A stretch of 64,000 nt of DNA from positions 1,952,001 to 2,016,000 of the forward strand of contig OY821641.1 of the NCBI GenBank assembly GCA_963555995.3, in the 5' to 3' direction. Below the pieces are notes generated by a model that did no database searches, was not told the origin of the DNA, and saw only the letters and a list, made by a program, of their open reading frames with translations. This document shows, in pieces, positions 19,270 through 29,468 of this stretch (positions within the stretch are counted from its first letter, which is position 1; every line of letters starts with the position of its first letter). Both the position numbers and the translations under genes were made by a program. Source of the DNA: Vicinamibacteria bacterium. Lineage in GTDB: Bacteria > Acidobacteriota > Vicinamibacteria > Marinacidobacterales > Marinacidobacteraceae.

Positions 19270-21615
19270 CTACCGGGTCGCCGTGGCGCCGTGCTCGTTG
19301 AGCACGTCCCAGACGCGCGCCGGGGTCATGGGGATCTCCATGTGCCGCACCCCGAGGTGCCAGAGCGCGTCCACCACCGCGTTCACCACCGCCGGGGGCG
19401 CACCCACGGTGGCGGACTCGCCGACGCCCTTGGCGCCGATGGGGTGGTGCGGCGACGGCGTGACCGTCTCGCCCAGCTCCCAGTGAGGGGTCTCCATCGC
19501 GGTCGGGACCAGGTACTCCATGAAGTTGCCGCCGGTGATGTTCCCGTCGGCGTCGTAGGAGATCTCCTCCATGAGCGCGGGGGCGATGCCCATCGTGAGC
19601 CCGCCGTGGATCTGGCCGTCCACGATCATCGGGTTGATCCGCACCCCGCAGTCGTCCACCGCCACGAAGCGCCGGATCCGGACCTGCCCGGTGCCGCGGT
19701 CAATGTCCACGCAGCAGATGTAGGACCCGAACGGGAAGGTCAGGTTCGGCGGGTCGTAGTAGGAGATCGCCTCCAGGCCGGCCTCCATCCCCTGGGGGTG
19801 GTTCGTGTAGGCCGCAAACGCGATGTCCTGGATGGTCTTCGCCCGGTCCGGGGAGCCCTTCACGTAGAACTTCCCCCGCTCCCACACGAGGTCGGCTTCG
19901 TCGGCCTCGAGGAGGTGCGCGGCGATCTTCCTCGCCTTCTCGCGGATCTTCCGCGACGCGATGGACGCCGCCGCGCCCGCGGTCGGGGTCGAACGGCTGG
20001 CATAGGTGCCGAGGCCGTAGGGCGCCGTGTCCGTGTCCCCCTCCTCGACCTGGATGTCCTCCGGCGGGATGCCGAGCTCCTCCGCGATGATCTGCGCGTA
20101 GGTGGTCTCGTGCCCCTGCCCCTGGGACTTGGTGCCAAAGCGGGCGATCGCCTTCCCGGTGGGGTGGATGCGGATCTCGCTCGAATCGAACATCTTGATC
20201 CCGAGGATGTCGAAGGTCTTCGACGGCCCGGCCCCCACGATCTCGGTGAACGAGGAGATGCCGATCCCCATCAGCTCGCCGCGGGCGCGCTTTTCCGCCT
20301 GCTCGGCCCGGAGGTCCCGGTAGCCGATCATGTCCATCGCCTTCTCCAGCGCCGCCCCGTAGTCCCCGCTGTCGTACTCCCAGCCGAGGGCGGACTGGTA
20401 CGGGAACTGGTCGGGCTGGATGAAGTTCCGCAGGCGGAAGTCCGCCGGGTCCTCTCCGTTCTCGCGAGCCAGCAGGTCCACCATCCGCTCGATGGCATGG
20501 ACGGCCTCGGTGACCCGGAAGGAACACCGGTAGGCGATCCCGCCCGGCGGCTTGTTCGTGTACACCCCGTCCACCGAGACGTGGGCGCTTTCGAGGTCGT
20601 AGGACCCGGTGGCGATGTGGTAGAGCCCCGCCGGGAACTTGGACGGGTTGGCCGCCGCGTCCGAGTAGCCGTGGTCGGCGACGGTGTCCAGCTTCAGCGC
20701 GGTCACCTTGCCGTCCTTCGATCCCAGCCTGGCGGTGATGTGGTAGTCGCGGGCGAAGGAGTCCGCCTGGAGGTTCTCCGAGCGGTCCTCGATCCACTTG
20801 ACCGGCTTGCCGGTGACCACCGAGGCGGCGGTCGCGAGTACGTAGCCCGGATAGACCGGCACCTTGCCCCCGAACCCGCCGCCGATGTCGGGCGAGATCA
20901 CCCGGATCTTGTGTTCGGCGAGGCCGAGATGGGCGGTCACGAGCGCCACCACGGTGCGGATGGCGTGCGGCGCCTGGGTGGTCAGGTAGAGGGTGAGGTG
21001 GCCCTCGACCGGGTTCCAGCTCGCCACGCAGCCGCAGGTCTCGATGGAGGCCACGTGGATGCGCGGGAGGTGCATCTGCTGCTCGACGACGGTGTCGCAC
21101 CCGGCGAGCGCGGCTTCCGTCGCATCGGAGTCGCCGTGCTCCCAGTGGAAGATGTGGTTGCTCTCCTTGTCGTCGCGGACCTTGGTCGCCCCGGGTTTCA
21201 GGGCCTCGTGCGGGTCCACCACCACGGGAAGCGGGTCGTAGTCCACTTCGAGCGCGGCGGCGCCGTCGGCGGCGGCATAGCGCGAAGTCGCGACGATCGC
21301 CGCCACTTCCTGCGCCTGGTACTTCACGGTGTCCACCGGCAACACCATCTGCTGGTCGCTCATCAGCGTCGGCATCCAGGCGAGCTTGAACCCCTCGAGG
21401 GTCTTCCCGGTGATGACCGCGGCCACGCCGTCCACCGCCATCGCGGTGTCCTCGTGGATCTTGGTGATCTTCGCGTGGGCGTAGGGGCTCCGGGCGATGT
21501 CCAGGTAGAGCATCCCCGGGAGCGTGATGTCGTCTATGTAGCGGCCCTGTCCCCGGATGAAGCGGGCGTCTTCCTTTCTCTGGACGGAGTGTCCGAGACC
21601 TCTGCACTCAGCCAT
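19270..21615 (-). CDS. coxL: Aerobic carbon monoxide dehydrogenase large subunit, form I
   Basis: Form I signature AYRCSFR; GGGFGGK, QGQGHET, KGVGE; order M-S-L. Confidence 0.96.
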   Translation of the reverse strand: MAECRGLGHSVQRKEDARFIRGQGRYIDDITLPGMLYLDIARSPYAHAKITKIHEDTAMAVDGVAAVITGKTLEGFKLAWMPTLMSDQQMVLPVDTVKYQAQEVAAIVATSRYAAADGAAALEVDYDPLPVVVDPHEALKPGATKVRDDKESNHIFHWEHGDSDATEAALAGCDTVVEQQMHLPRIHVASIETCGCVASWNPVEGHLTLYLTTQAPHAIRTVVALVTAHLGLAEHKIRVISPDIGGGFGGKVPVYPGYVLATAASVVTGKPVKWIEDRSENLQADSFARDYHITARLGSKDGKVTALKLDTVADHGYSDAAANPSKFPAGLYHIATGSYDLESAHVSVDGVYTNKPPGGIAYRCSFRVTEAVHAIERMVDLLARENGEDPADFRLRNFIQPDQFPYQSALGWEYDSGDYGAALEKAMDMIGYRDLRAEQAEKRARGELMGIGISSFTEIVGAGPSKTFDILGIKMFDSSEIRIHPTGKAIARFGTKSQGQGHETTYAQIIAEELGIPPEDIQVEEGDTDTAPYGLGTYASRSTPTAGAAASIASRKIREKARKIAAHLLEADEADLVWERGKFYVKGSPDRAKTIQDIAFAAYTNHPQGMEAGLEAISYYDPPNLTFPFGSYICCVDIDRGTGQVRIRRFVAVDDCGVRINPMIVDGQIHGGLTMGIAPALMEEISYDADGNITGGNFMEYLVPTAMETPHWELGETVTPSPHHPIGAKGVGESATVGAPPAVVNAVVDALWHLGVRHMEIPMTPARVWDVLNEHGATATR

Positions 21616-22090
21616 CGCTGTTCTCCTTCATCAGTTCGCTGGCCCGCTGGACGGCCCTCACGATGTTCAGGTAACCGGTGCACCGGCACAGGTTGCCGGA
21701 AATGCCCCAGCGGATCTCCTCCTCGGTGGGCTCCGGGTTCTCTTCCAGGAGCGCCTTCGAGGTCATCATCATCCCGGGGGTGCAGAAGCCGCACTGGAGG
21801 CCGTGCTTCTCGGTGAATCCCTGCTGGACGGGATGGAGACCGCCGTTTCCGAGCCCTTCGACCGTGGTGACTTCCGAGCCGTCGGCGGCCACCGCGAACA
21901 CGGTGCAGCTCTTGGCCGGAACGCCGTCCAGGAGGACGGTGCAGGCGCCGCAGGAGGTGGTGTCGCACCCGATGTGGGTGCCGGTGAGGCCGAGCTCCTC
22001 CCGGATGAAGTGCACGAGCAGCAGCCGCGCTTCCACCTCGCGGGTGTGTTCTTCACCGTTGATGGTGACGCTGATCTGGTGGGAACTCAT
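21608..22090 (-). CDS. coxS: CO dehydrogenase small (2Fe-2S) subunit
   Basis: [24 protein letters not shown]; overlaps coxL and coxM. Confidence 0.95.
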   Translation of the reverse strand: MSSHQISVTINGEEHTREVEARLLLVHFIREELGLTGTHIGCDTTSCGACTVLLDGVPAKSCTVFAVAADGSEVTTVEGLGNGGLHPVQQGFTEKHGLQCGFCTPGMMMTSKALLEENPEPTEEEIRWGISGNLCRCTGYLNIVRAVQRASELMKENSDG

Positions 22091-22956
22091 GACGCCTCCC
22101 TCGCCCGGGCAAGCGCGCTGGAGGCCGCCCGATGGGTGAGCACGCGGACCACCGCGCGCTTGTAGTCGGCGGAGCCACGGTGATCGTCAGACGGGTCCGC
22201 CGCCGCGGCCGCGGCTTCGGCCGCCGCATCGAGCGCCGCGTCGTTGCCGTCGGAACCGGCGAGCGCCGCTTCCGCCGCCCCGACCTGGATGGCGGTGAGG
22301 CCCACGTTGGTCAGTGCCACGCCGGCGCTGGCGATCCGCCCGCCGTCGAGTTGCAACTGGACCGCCACCGCCGCCACCGCGTAGTCGCCGACCTTCCGCT
22401 CGAACTTCTGGTAGGCGCCCCCGGCGCCGGGCCCCGCCGTCGGGATGCGGATCTCGGTCAGGATCTCGCCGTCGTCGAGGCAGGTGGAGAACGGCCCGGT
22501 GAAGAAATCGGAAGCGGCGATCGTCCGCTGGCCGGAGGGACCGGAAGCGACGAAGGACGCCCGGTAGGCGAGCATCGTCGCCGGATGGTCGTTCCCCGGA
22601 TCGGCGTGGGCGACGTTCCCGCCCACGGTCGCCAGGTTCCGGACCACCGGGTCCGCGATGACGCGGGTGGTGTCGGCGAGCAGCGGGTAGCGGCTCTGCA
22701 CCAGTTCCGACTTCTCGAGTTCGGACTCGCGGGTCATCGCCCCGATGCACAGGGAGCCGCCCTCTTCGCGGATCCCGGAGAGCCCGGGGATCTTCCTCAG
22801 GTCCACCAGCGCGGCCGGCTCCGCCAGCCGGAACCGCATCATGGGGATGAGGCTGTGTCCCCCGGCCAGCAGCTTGGCCTCGGGGTTCGCCAGCAGCAGC
22901 CGGCTCGCCTCTTCCAGGTTGTCGGGAGCGTGATAGTCGAACGACGGTGGAATCAC
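22087..22956 (-). CDS. coxM: CO dehydrogenase medium (FAD) subunit
   Basis: GTG 22956 gives [11 protein letters not shown]; [35 protein letters not shown]. Confidence 0.95.
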   Translation of the reverse strand: MIPPSFDYHAPDNLEEASRLLLANPEAKLLAGGHSLIPMMRFRLAEPAALVDLRKIPGLSGIREEGGSLCIGAMTRESELEKSELVQSRYPLLADTTRVIADPVVRNLATVGGNVAHADPGNDHPATMLAYRASFVASGPSGQRTIAASDFFTGPFSTCLDDGEILTEIRIPTAGPGAGGAYQKFERKVGDYAVAAVAVQLQLDGGRIASAGVALTNVGLTAIQVGAAEAALAGSDGNDAALDAAAEAAAAAADPSDDHRGSADYKRAVVRVLTHRAASSALARAREAS

Positions 22957-23011
22957 GGAGTCCCCTCCTTTTCCGGATTCCCGAGCATACCAGCGTGTTG
23001 GAATGGCACGT

Positions 23012-23178
23012 ACGGCTTGGAGCGCCGGCTTCAGCCGGCACCCGCGGCGCGGAGCGCAGCGGACTGCACGACGCTGTCCCGCGCGACCGCGTTCGGCTCT
23101 CGGTCCATCACTGCGAACAGCGGCACGACATCCGCGGGCCCGGCCGCGGTGCCGGCTGAAGCCGGCGCTCCAAGCCGT
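23012..23178. repeat. REPIN-like inverted pair of REP palindromes
   Basis: ACGGCTTGGAGCGCCGGCTTCAGCCGGCAC ... GTGCCGGCTGAAGCCGGCGCTCCAAGCCGT: 30-bp inverted arms, each containing its own hairpin. Confidence 0.85.
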
Positions 23179-23251
23179 TTCGCCATGCGCGTGCTGCAAC
23201 TCGCCCGAATGCCGACCCGACGCCGGTTCTGATTCAATCCGCGCCCACACC

Positions 23252-23530
23252 GTGTCTGAACCCTCCCCGCCGCGACCGGGTGCCTGGAAACGCAGCCTCC
23301 GCCTGATCGGCATCCTGCTCGCGATCTGGTTCACCGCCTCGCTCGGGTTGGGCGTCCTGCTCGCCGAGCCGCTGAACCGGATCTGGGTCGGCGGTTTCCC
23401 GCTCGGCTTCTGGTTCGCCCAGCAGGGCGCGATCCTGGTCTTCCTGGTCCTGCTGGTCGTCAACGCGGTCGCCATGGACCGCATCGAGCGCGACGCCGAC
23501 CGGTCCGACGAGCGCGAGGAATCGTCGTGA
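23252..23530 (+). CDS. DUF4212-type small membrane partner of a solute symporter
   Basis: GGFPLGFWFAQQGAI motif; two TM segments; GTGA overlap with the symporter gene. Confidence 0.85.
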   Translation: MSEPSPPRPGAWKRSLRLIGILLAIWFTASLGLGVLLAEPLNRIWVGGFPLGFWFAQQGAILVFLVLLVVNAVAMDRIERDADRSDEREESS

Positions 23531-25206
23531 GCATCGCGACCTGGACCCTCGTCTTCGTCGTCGGCAGCTTCGCCCTCTACAGCGCCATCGCGGTGGCGAG
23601 CCGGGTCCGCACCACCTCCGGCTTCTACGTGGCCGGACGCGGGGTCTCCGCCCTCGCGAACGGCATGGCGACCGGGGCGGACTGGATGAGCGCCGCTTCC
23701 TTCATCTCGATGGCGGGGCTCATCTCGTTCATGGGTTACGACGGGGCGATCTACCTCATGGGGTGGACTGGCGGCTACGTCCTGCTGGCGCTGCTGGTGG
23801 CGCCCTACCTCCGCCGCTACGGCCGCTACACCATCCCGGAGTTCGTCGGCGACCGCTTCGCCTCGCAGGCCGCCCGGCTGACCGCGGTGGTGTGCGCCGT
23901 CTTCATCTCGTTCACCTACGTGGCCGGCCAGATGCGCGGCGTCGGGGTGGTGTTCTCCCGCTTCCTGACCATCCCGGTCGAGTACGGGGTGGTCATCGGC
24001 GGCGTGATCGTGCTGCTCTACGCGACGCTCGGGGGCATGCGCGGCATCACCTACACCCAGGTGGCCCAGTACTGCGTGCTGATCGTCGCCTTCCTGATTC
24101 CCGCCGGCGCCATCTCCTGGATGATGACCGGCACGCCCATCCCGCAGATCGGCTTCGGGTCGCCCCTGATCGAGGGAGAACGCGCCGGCGTGGCGCTCCT
24201 GCGCGCGATCGACCAGATCCACACCGATCTCGGGTTACCCGAGTACACCGGGGCCTTCCTGGCGGGCAAGAAGACCCTGCCCGACGTCTTCGCCATCACC
24301 CTGGCGCTCATGACCGGGACCGCGGGGCTGCCGCACGTCCTGATCCGCTTCTACACCGTGAAGACCGCGCGCCTCGCCCGCTGGAGCGTGATGTGGGCGC
24401 TCTTCTTCATCGCGATCCTCTACACCACCGCCCCGGCGGTGGCCGCCTTCGCCCGGGTCAACATGATCCAGACGCTTCACAACACGCCCTACGACGAGGC
24501 TCCCGAGTGGTTCCGGAACTGGGCGGCGACCGGCCTCATCCGGTTCACCGACCGGAACGGCGACGGCCTCATCCAGTACGGCGAAGGACCGGGCGCGGAG
24601 CTGGTCATTGACCGGGACATCATGGTGCTCGCCAACCCGGAGATCGCCGAGTTGCCGGCGTGGGTCGTCGGGCTGGTCGCCGCGGGCGGCCTGGCGGCGG
24701 CGCTCTCCACCGCGGCCGGCCTCCTGCTCGTCATTTCGGCGTCGGTGTCCCACGACCTGCTGAAGAGCTTCCTGCGGCCCGGCATGAGCGAGCGGAAGGA
24801 GCTGGCGGCCGCCCGGCTCTCGGCCGCCGGCGCGTGCGTGGTCGCGATCATCGTCGGGATCTACCCGCCCGACTACGTGGCGGCGGTGGTGGCCTTCGCC
24901 TTCGGCCTGGCCGCCGCCAGCTTCTTCCCGGCGCTCGTCCTGGGGGTCTTCACCACCTGGGTCACGGCCCGCGGCGCGGTGGCCGGCATGATCGCCGGGA
25001 CCGGCTTCACCGCGGTCTATATCGGCTGGTTCAAGGTCTTCGAATGGAGCGGCCCCGAGGCCTGGTGGTTCGGGATCAGCCCGGAGGGCATCGGCACCCT
25101 GGGGATGCTGATCAACTTCGGCGTCACCTGGTTCGTGAGCCGCCGCACCGGCCCGCCGCCGGCGGACAGCGCGAAGATGGTCGCGATGCTGCGAGGAGAG
25201 CGGTAG
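23527..25206 (+). CDS. Sodium:solute symporter (ActP/acetate-permease-like)
   Basis: NGMATGADWMSAASF, GGMRGITYTQVAQY, GTAGLPHVLIRFYTV, AAALSTAAGLLL. Confidence 0.93.
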   Translation: MSIATWTLVFVVGSFALYSAIAVASRVRTTSGFYVAGRGVSALANGMATGADWMSAASFISMAGLISFMGYDGAIYLMGWTGGYVLLALLVAPYLRRYGRYTIPEFVGDRFASQAARLTAVVCAVFISFTYVAGQMRGVGVVFSRFLTIPVEYGVVIGGVIVLLYATLGGMRGITYTQVAQYCVLIVAFLIPAGAISWMMTGTPIPQIGFGSPLIEGERAGVALLRAIDQIHTDLGLPEYTGAFLAGKKTLPDVFAITLALMTGTAGLPHVLIRFYTVKTARLARWSVMWALFFIAILYTTAPAVAAFARVNMIQTLHNTPYDEAPEWFRNWAATGLIRFTDRNGDGLIQYGEGPGAELVIDRDIMVLANPEIAELPAWVVGLVAAGGLAAALSTAAGLLLVISASVSHDLLKSFLRPGMSERKELAAARLSAAGACVVAIIVGIYPPDYVAAVVAFAFGLAAASFFPALVLGVFTTWVTARGAVAGMIAGTGFTAVYIGWFKVFEWSGPEAWWFGISPEGIGTLGMLINFGVTWFVSRRTGPPPADSAKMVAMLRGER

Positions 25207-25335
25207 CGTCAGGCTAGAGGGTGCCCAGCGCTGATCGGGTTGCCCTCAGATTGACTCGTTGGACCGGAAAGGGTGAACCGACGGAATCACCCGTCAAGCC
25301 AAACCTCCGGCACTCCGCTCGCAGCACCCGATGCC

Positions 25336-25758
25336 CTATGCCATCCGGACGTGCTGGACCGCAACCCCGAGCCCCGACGCTCGCGACAGCCGCCCGTCGG
25401 TCGTCAGGATAGGCGCGTCCTGGGCGCGAGCGACGGCGACGTAGAAGGCGTCGTACGCAGTCACGTTGTGGAGATGACGCCATGCCCTGCGCGCCAACGT
25501 TCGATGGGGGATGCGTTCCAGCTGCCAGTCGGCGAGGTCGTCGAGAGCCGTCCGCGCACGTGGCTCTTCGAGCCACCCGCCCAACACTGCGCCCCGTAAC
25601 GCTGACACGACCTCCACGTCGAGCAATTCAGGCGCAACCAGCGTGGCACGCGCGATCAGGTGCGCGACGGCCGCGCCGGTCGGGGTCTTCAGAAGAAATT
25701 CGACCGCCGCGGAGGCGTCCACGACGTATCGCGGCGCCTCAGCCCGTTCGACGATCAC
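25336..25758 (-). CDS. vapC: VapC PIN-domain toxin
   Basis: VVDASA, APELLDVEV, TAYDAFYVA, TTDGRL. Confidence 0.9.
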   Translation of the reverse strand: MIVERAEAPRYVVDASAAVEFLLKTPTGAAVAHLIARATLVAPELLDVEVVSALRGAVLGGWLEEPRARTALDDLADWQLERIPHRTLARRAWRHLHNVTAYDAFYVAVARAQDAPILTTDGRLSRASGLGVAVQHVRMA

Positions 25759-25972
25759 GGTGGGCGCGCGCTTCCGCGATCAGCGTCGCCGCCTCCACTC
25801 CGAGATTGGTCGCAGGCCGCTCAGCAAAGCGCTTGTTCCACTCCCACGCAGCCACCTCTCGCTTCACGGCGTCCAACACCGCCGCGCTCACCGTGCGGTT
25901 TGTCTCGCGGGCCAGCGAGCGCAGCCGGTCGTGAAGCGAATCGGGGACGTTTTTTACTTGGAGATGGGCCAT
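25739..25972 (-). CDS. FitA-like ribbon-helix-helix antitoxin
   Basis: MAHLQVKNVPDSLHDRLRSLA; overlaps the PIN toxin gene. Confidence 0.85.
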   Translation of the reverse strand: MAHLQVKNVPDSLHDRLRSLARETNRTVSAAVLDAVKREVAAWEWNKRFAERPATNLGVEAATLIAEARAHRDRRTG

Positions 25973-25985
25973 GGGGAGGACAGTA

Positions 25986-26012
25986 GCATGAAATCCGCAT
26001 GATTTCAGCATG
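25986..26012. promoter_or_regulatory. Operator candidate upstream of the antitoxin
   Basis: Three GCATG at 11-bp spacing, plus the inverted repeat TGAAATC..GATTTCA. Confidence 0.5.
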
Positions 26013-26026
26013 TTCAGATTTCTGCG

Positions 26027-26518
26027 CTACATCTGACCTAGCGCGTGGGCGCGCTTCCAGATCAGGAACGTGCGCCGGAACTCGATCACGACGACGCCGT
26101 CCTGATTCCTACCCCGCGTCCGGACGGTCACGATGCCGGCCTCCGGCCGGGATCGGGATTCCCGCGTGGAGAGCACCTCGCTCTCGGAATAGAGCGTGTC
26201 CCCCTCGAAGAGCGGCGCCGGCAGCCGGACCTCGTCCCAGCCGAGGTTCGCGAGCACGTTCCGGGTCAGGTCGTTCACCGACTGGCCGGTGGCGAGCGCC
26301 AGCGTGAGACACGAGTTCACGAGCGGTTTGCCGAACGGGGTCCGTTCGCTGTGGTGCCGGTCAATGTGGATCGGGTTCTGGTTCTGGGTGAGGAGGGAGA
26401 ACCAGGAGTTGTCCGCGGCGAGGACGGTGCGACCCAACGGGTGGGCGATGCGCTGGCCGACGTGGAAGTCCTCGTAGAAGCGGCCGCTGTCGCGCTCCGG
26501 GACGCGGGGCTCGGGCAT
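26027..26518 (-). CDS. MaoC-family dehydratase
   Basis: GRFYEDFHVG, NQNPIHID, PLFEGDTL, RNQDG. Confidence 0.9.
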   Translation of the reverse strand: MPEPRVPERDSGRFYEDFHVGQRIAHPLGRTVLAADNSWFSLLTQNQNPIHIDRHHSERTPFGKPLVNSCLTLALATGQSVNDLTRNVLANLGWDEVRLPAPLFEGDTLYSESEVLSTRESRSRPEAGIVTVRTRGRNQDGVVVIEFRRTFLIWKRAHALGQM

Positions 26519-26579
26519 GGCGTCCCTACCCTACCCCGTCCGGGTCCCCCGCCGCGGCAGTGCTCTACCGCCCGCGGTG

Positions 26580-27722
26580 CTACAGGATGCGCTCAAGGTC
26601 AGGCAGCGTCCGTTCCAGCGGCAGGGCCGTGATGCCGTCGAGGTGCAACTCCCGATCCCCGCCGTAGAGGACGAAGCACTTGGCGACCGGATAGTCCTTC
26701 CTGAACTCCCGCAGGGACCTCGTATCCGCGCGGTGGAGTTGACGCGACCGCTTCACTTCGATGGCGAGCAGGCCGCGAGGCCCGTACAGCACGAAGTCCA
26801 CCTCGAGGTGCGCTCGGGTGCGCCAGTAGTGGATCTGATAGCCGCAAGCGCGGTAGTCGTTCGCGGCTCGCAACTCCTGGAGCACGAGCGTCTCCAGCGC
26901 CGGGCCGTCCATCTCGGCCTCCGAATCGAGCGGACCGACGGGTCGAATGGCCCGGAACACGCCCGCGTCGAAAAGATAGAACTTCTGCTGCGATACCAGC
27001 CGGCGCCGCGCCCGGCGGGCGAAGATCGGGAGCCTTACCGCCAGCAGCAGGTCGTCGAGGATCGAGAAGTAGTTCTCGGCCGTAGGCCGCGAGACCTGGG
27101 CGTCACGCGCGATGCCGCTGATGTTGAGCGGCTGTCCCTGGGACAGGCTCGCCGTCTCGAGGAAACGGGCGAAATGCCCGATGTTGCGGGTCAGCCCCTC
27201 CTGCATCACCTCTTCCCGGAGGTAGGTCTGCACGTAGTCCTTCAGGTAGCGGGACGGGTCTGGATCGCTGAATCGGGCCGGCAGGTGCCCGAGGCGAACC
27301 GAACGGCCCAGATCGAAGGCGTCCCCCTGCTCCATCGCGGTCAGCGGGTGCATGAAACAGGTCCGAGCCCGCCCCGCCAGCAGATTGACTCCCTTGCAGC
27401 GCAGCGCCCGGGCGCTCGACCCCGTCAGGATGAACTTCAGGCCGCGCGACTCGATCAGGTCGTGCACCTCGTTCAGTAGCGCGGGGATGCGCTGGACCTC
27501 GTCAACGACCACCCAACCCCGGTGTCCGGGAGGAACCAGGGTCCGGATGCGCCCCGGGTCGGCAGACAGGGGACCGTAGAAGTCCGACCGCAACAGGTTG
27601 ATGAACGGTGCGTCCGGCAGCTTGCGGCGGAGCCAGGTGGTCTTTCCCGTCCCCCGCGGGCCGAACAGGAAGAAGCTCCGGCCCGCTTCGAGGGGGTCGC
27701 CGATCAACCGCTTGAACTCCAT
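26580..27722 (-). CDS. AAA+ ATPase with DUF4143 C-terminal domain
   Basis: Walker A GPRGTGKT, Walker B VVVDEVQ, TGSS, LAGR, KFYLFDAG, EVDFV..IEVK. Confidence 0.9.
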   Translation of the reverse strand: MEFKRLIGDPLEAGRSFFLFGPRGTGKTTWLRRKLPDAPFINLLRSDFYGPLSADPGRIRTLVPPGHRGWVVVDEVQRIPALLNEVHDLIESRGLKFILTGSSARALRCKGVNLLAGRARTCFMHPLTAMEQGDAFDLGRSVRLGHLPARFSDPDPSRYLKDYVQTYLREEVMQEGLTRNIGHFARFLETASLSQGQPLNISGIARDAQVSRPTAENYFSILDDLLLAVRLPIFARRARRRLVSQQKFYLFDAGVFRAIRPVGPLDSEAEMDGPALETLVLQELRAANDYRACGYQIHYWRTRAHLEVDFVLYGPRGLLAIEVKRSRQLHRADTRSLREFRKDYPVAKCFVLYGGDRELHLDGITALPLERTLPDLERIL

Positions 27723-27788
27723 CGTTCGCTCCCGAGTGCGCAGGCTGCGTTCCCTGACGGTGCACTTTACCGACTATTTTATATCGAT

Positions 27789-27817
27789 ACATGAAAATCA
27801 CCGGGATATTTTCATGT
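27789..27817. promoter_or_regulatory. AT-rich inverted repeat upstream of the AAA-DUF4143 gene
   Basis: ACATGAAAAT-N9-ATTTTCATGT, perfect 10-bp arms. Confidence 0.5.
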
Positions 27818-27902
27818 TACCCGGAGAATTCCGCCGCCGCTCCGCCTATGCGTCCCGATCGAAGATTGGCTGAAGGCGGTTTCGACCGCCTCTCGGCGGA
27901 TG

Positions 27903-28011
27903 ATGCCGGCCGGAGGCCGGCGCTCCGAACCGCTGCGCCGTGACGCAGATGGGTGATGCGCGCTCTCGCTGCGCTACGCGCAGCGGTGCCGGTCTGAAGA
28001 CCGGCGCTCCC
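27903..28011. repeat. Two REP palindromes in direct orientation
   Basis: TGCCGGCCGGAGGCCGGCGCTCC and GTGCCGGTCTGAAGACCGGCGCTCC. Confidence 0.75.
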
Positions 28012-28025
28012 CCCGCGCCCCTGCC

Positions 28026-28343
28026 CTACCGGCGGAGCTTCACCGCGGTGCCGTAGGCGAGGATCTCGGCCGCGGTGGTCATCAGCACCGAGGTCGCGAT
28101 CCGCATGCCGACGATGGCGTCGGCGCCGAGGGCCTCGGCGTGCTCGATCATCCGGGCGATGGCCTGCTCGCGGCTCTCGGCCATGAGCTTCGTGTAGGAC
28201 CCGACCTCGCCGCCGACCACCCCCTTGAGGCCGGCCAGGATGTCGCGGCCGAGATGGCGGGCGCGAATGGTGTTGCCGCGGGCGATGCCCAGGACTTCGG
28301 CGATCTCCGCGCCGGGAACTTCGTTCGTGGTACTCACAATCAT
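28026..28343 (-). CDS. ybjQ: YbjQ/UPF0145 family protein
   Basis: MIVSTTNEVPG, LKGVVGGE, A..LGADAIVGMR, AYGTAV. Confidence 0.92.
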   Translation of the reverse strand: MIVSTTNEVPGAEIAEVLGIARGNTIRARHLGRDILAGLKGVVGGEVGSYTKLMAESREQAIARMIEHAEALGADAIVGMRIATSVLMTTAAEILAYGTAVKLRR

Positions 28344-28711
28344 CGTCGGACTCTCCGGAAAGGATCGGTGGAACGGGCGCGGATCCGCTCGCGGAGCGCG
28401 CCCAGCAAGAGAAACAGGATGCCGAGCAGCAGCCCGGCGGCGCCGAAGCGAACGATCGTCGGGACCGATGCGTCCGCCATGAATTCGGTGGCGAAGTGGT
28501 ACGCACCATAGCCGAGCAACACGGCCGCCGAGGCGGAGACCAGCGTCCAGGCGAGGCCGCGCTCCAGCCGGGAATAGACCCCGAGCCAGAAACGGTCCAT
28601 GGCCGCATCGTCCCGGTCGGCGGGCCGCGGTCCGAGTTCCGGTCCGCCCGGCGCGTCTTCGGGAATCCGTCCCGAGGCTCCCGGAACCTGGTTTCCATCG
28701 TGATCCGTCAT
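28340..28711 (-). CDS. Two-TM membrane protein, putative anti-sigma factor
   Basis: Directly downstream of the ECF sigma gene; FWLGVYSRLERGLAW then two TM helices and RER..DPFRRVRR. Confidence 0.65.
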   Translation of the reverse strand: MTDHDGNQVPGASGRIPEDAPGGPELGPRPADRDDAAMDRFWLGVYSRLERGLAWTLVSASAAVLLGYGAYHFATEFMADASVPTIVRFGAAGLLLGILFLLLGALRERIRARSTDPFRRVRR

Positions 28712-28748
28712 CGGGTTTCCTCCTTTCAGTCCTTCTTTCTTCGGTGGG

Positions 28749-29330
28749 TCACCTTCGGCCACCACCCGCAAGGAACCGCCGCAGCCGGCGGCGGGCGATG
28801 TGCAGCCGGGACGCCACGGTCCCTTCGGGAATTCCGAGGCGCTCCGCGACTTCGCTGTGGACGTAGCCCTCCATGTCCCGCATCAGCACCACCCGGCGCT
28901 GTTCCTCCGGAAGTTCGCGGAGCCCGCGTTCCAGCAGCAACCGCTCGTGCACGGACCGCATGCCGCCGTCAACCGCCGGCTCCCGGACCCCCTCGAGCCC
29001 GATCTCCGGACGGCGCCGGCGCAGATAGCTGCGGCAGACGTTGTCCAGGATGGTCAGGAACCACGGCAGGAACGGACGGCCGAGCCGAAAGCGCGGCATC
29101 GCGTGAAACGCCCGGGCGAACGCCTCCTGCGCCAGGTCGCGCGCCTCATCGCGGTCACCGACCCGGCGGTACGCGTACGCCTGCGCCCACCGGGCGTAAC
29201 GCCGCACGAGCGGTTCGTAGGCGCGCCGGCTGCCGTTCCGGCACCGGCGGATCCACTCCTGCTCCTCCGGATCGGGCGCGCCGAGCCGGTTCCCCCGAAC
29301 GTCGGCGGTGGTGGAGGCATCGTCTCTCAC
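28749..29330 (-). CDS. ECF RNA polymerase sigma factor
   Basis: Region 2 ARDLAQEAF..PWFLTILDN; region 4 LRDMEG..EVAERLGIPEGTVASRLHIARRRL; start (GTG 29330) uncertain. Confidence 0.9.
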   Translation of the reverse strand: MRDDASTTADVRGNRLGAPDPEEQEWIRRCRNGSRRAYEPLVRRYARWAQAYAYRRVGDRDEARDLAQEAFARAFHAMPRFRLGRPFLPWFLTILDNVCRSYLRRRRPEIGLEGVREPAVDGGMRSVHERLLLERGLRELPEEQRRVVLMRDMEGYVHSEVAERLGIPEGTVASRLHIARRRLRRFLAGGGRR

Positions 29331-29468
29331 GTCTTCTACCGGGGAACTACGCGGCGCAGAGCCGAATTCTTCATTGTCGGCGCAAAACGTCCGCACGGCA
29401 GTCGCGGGACCGGCCGCGGTTCCGAGAACCGGTTGGCCCGTCCACCGGGTCTTGAATACCCTTGAACG

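Noticed and set aside
22957-24222. 711-aa CoxM ORF with a long N-terminal extension
   Set aside because: The extension runs through the REPIN and antisense to the symporter; CoxM similarity begins at GTG 22956.
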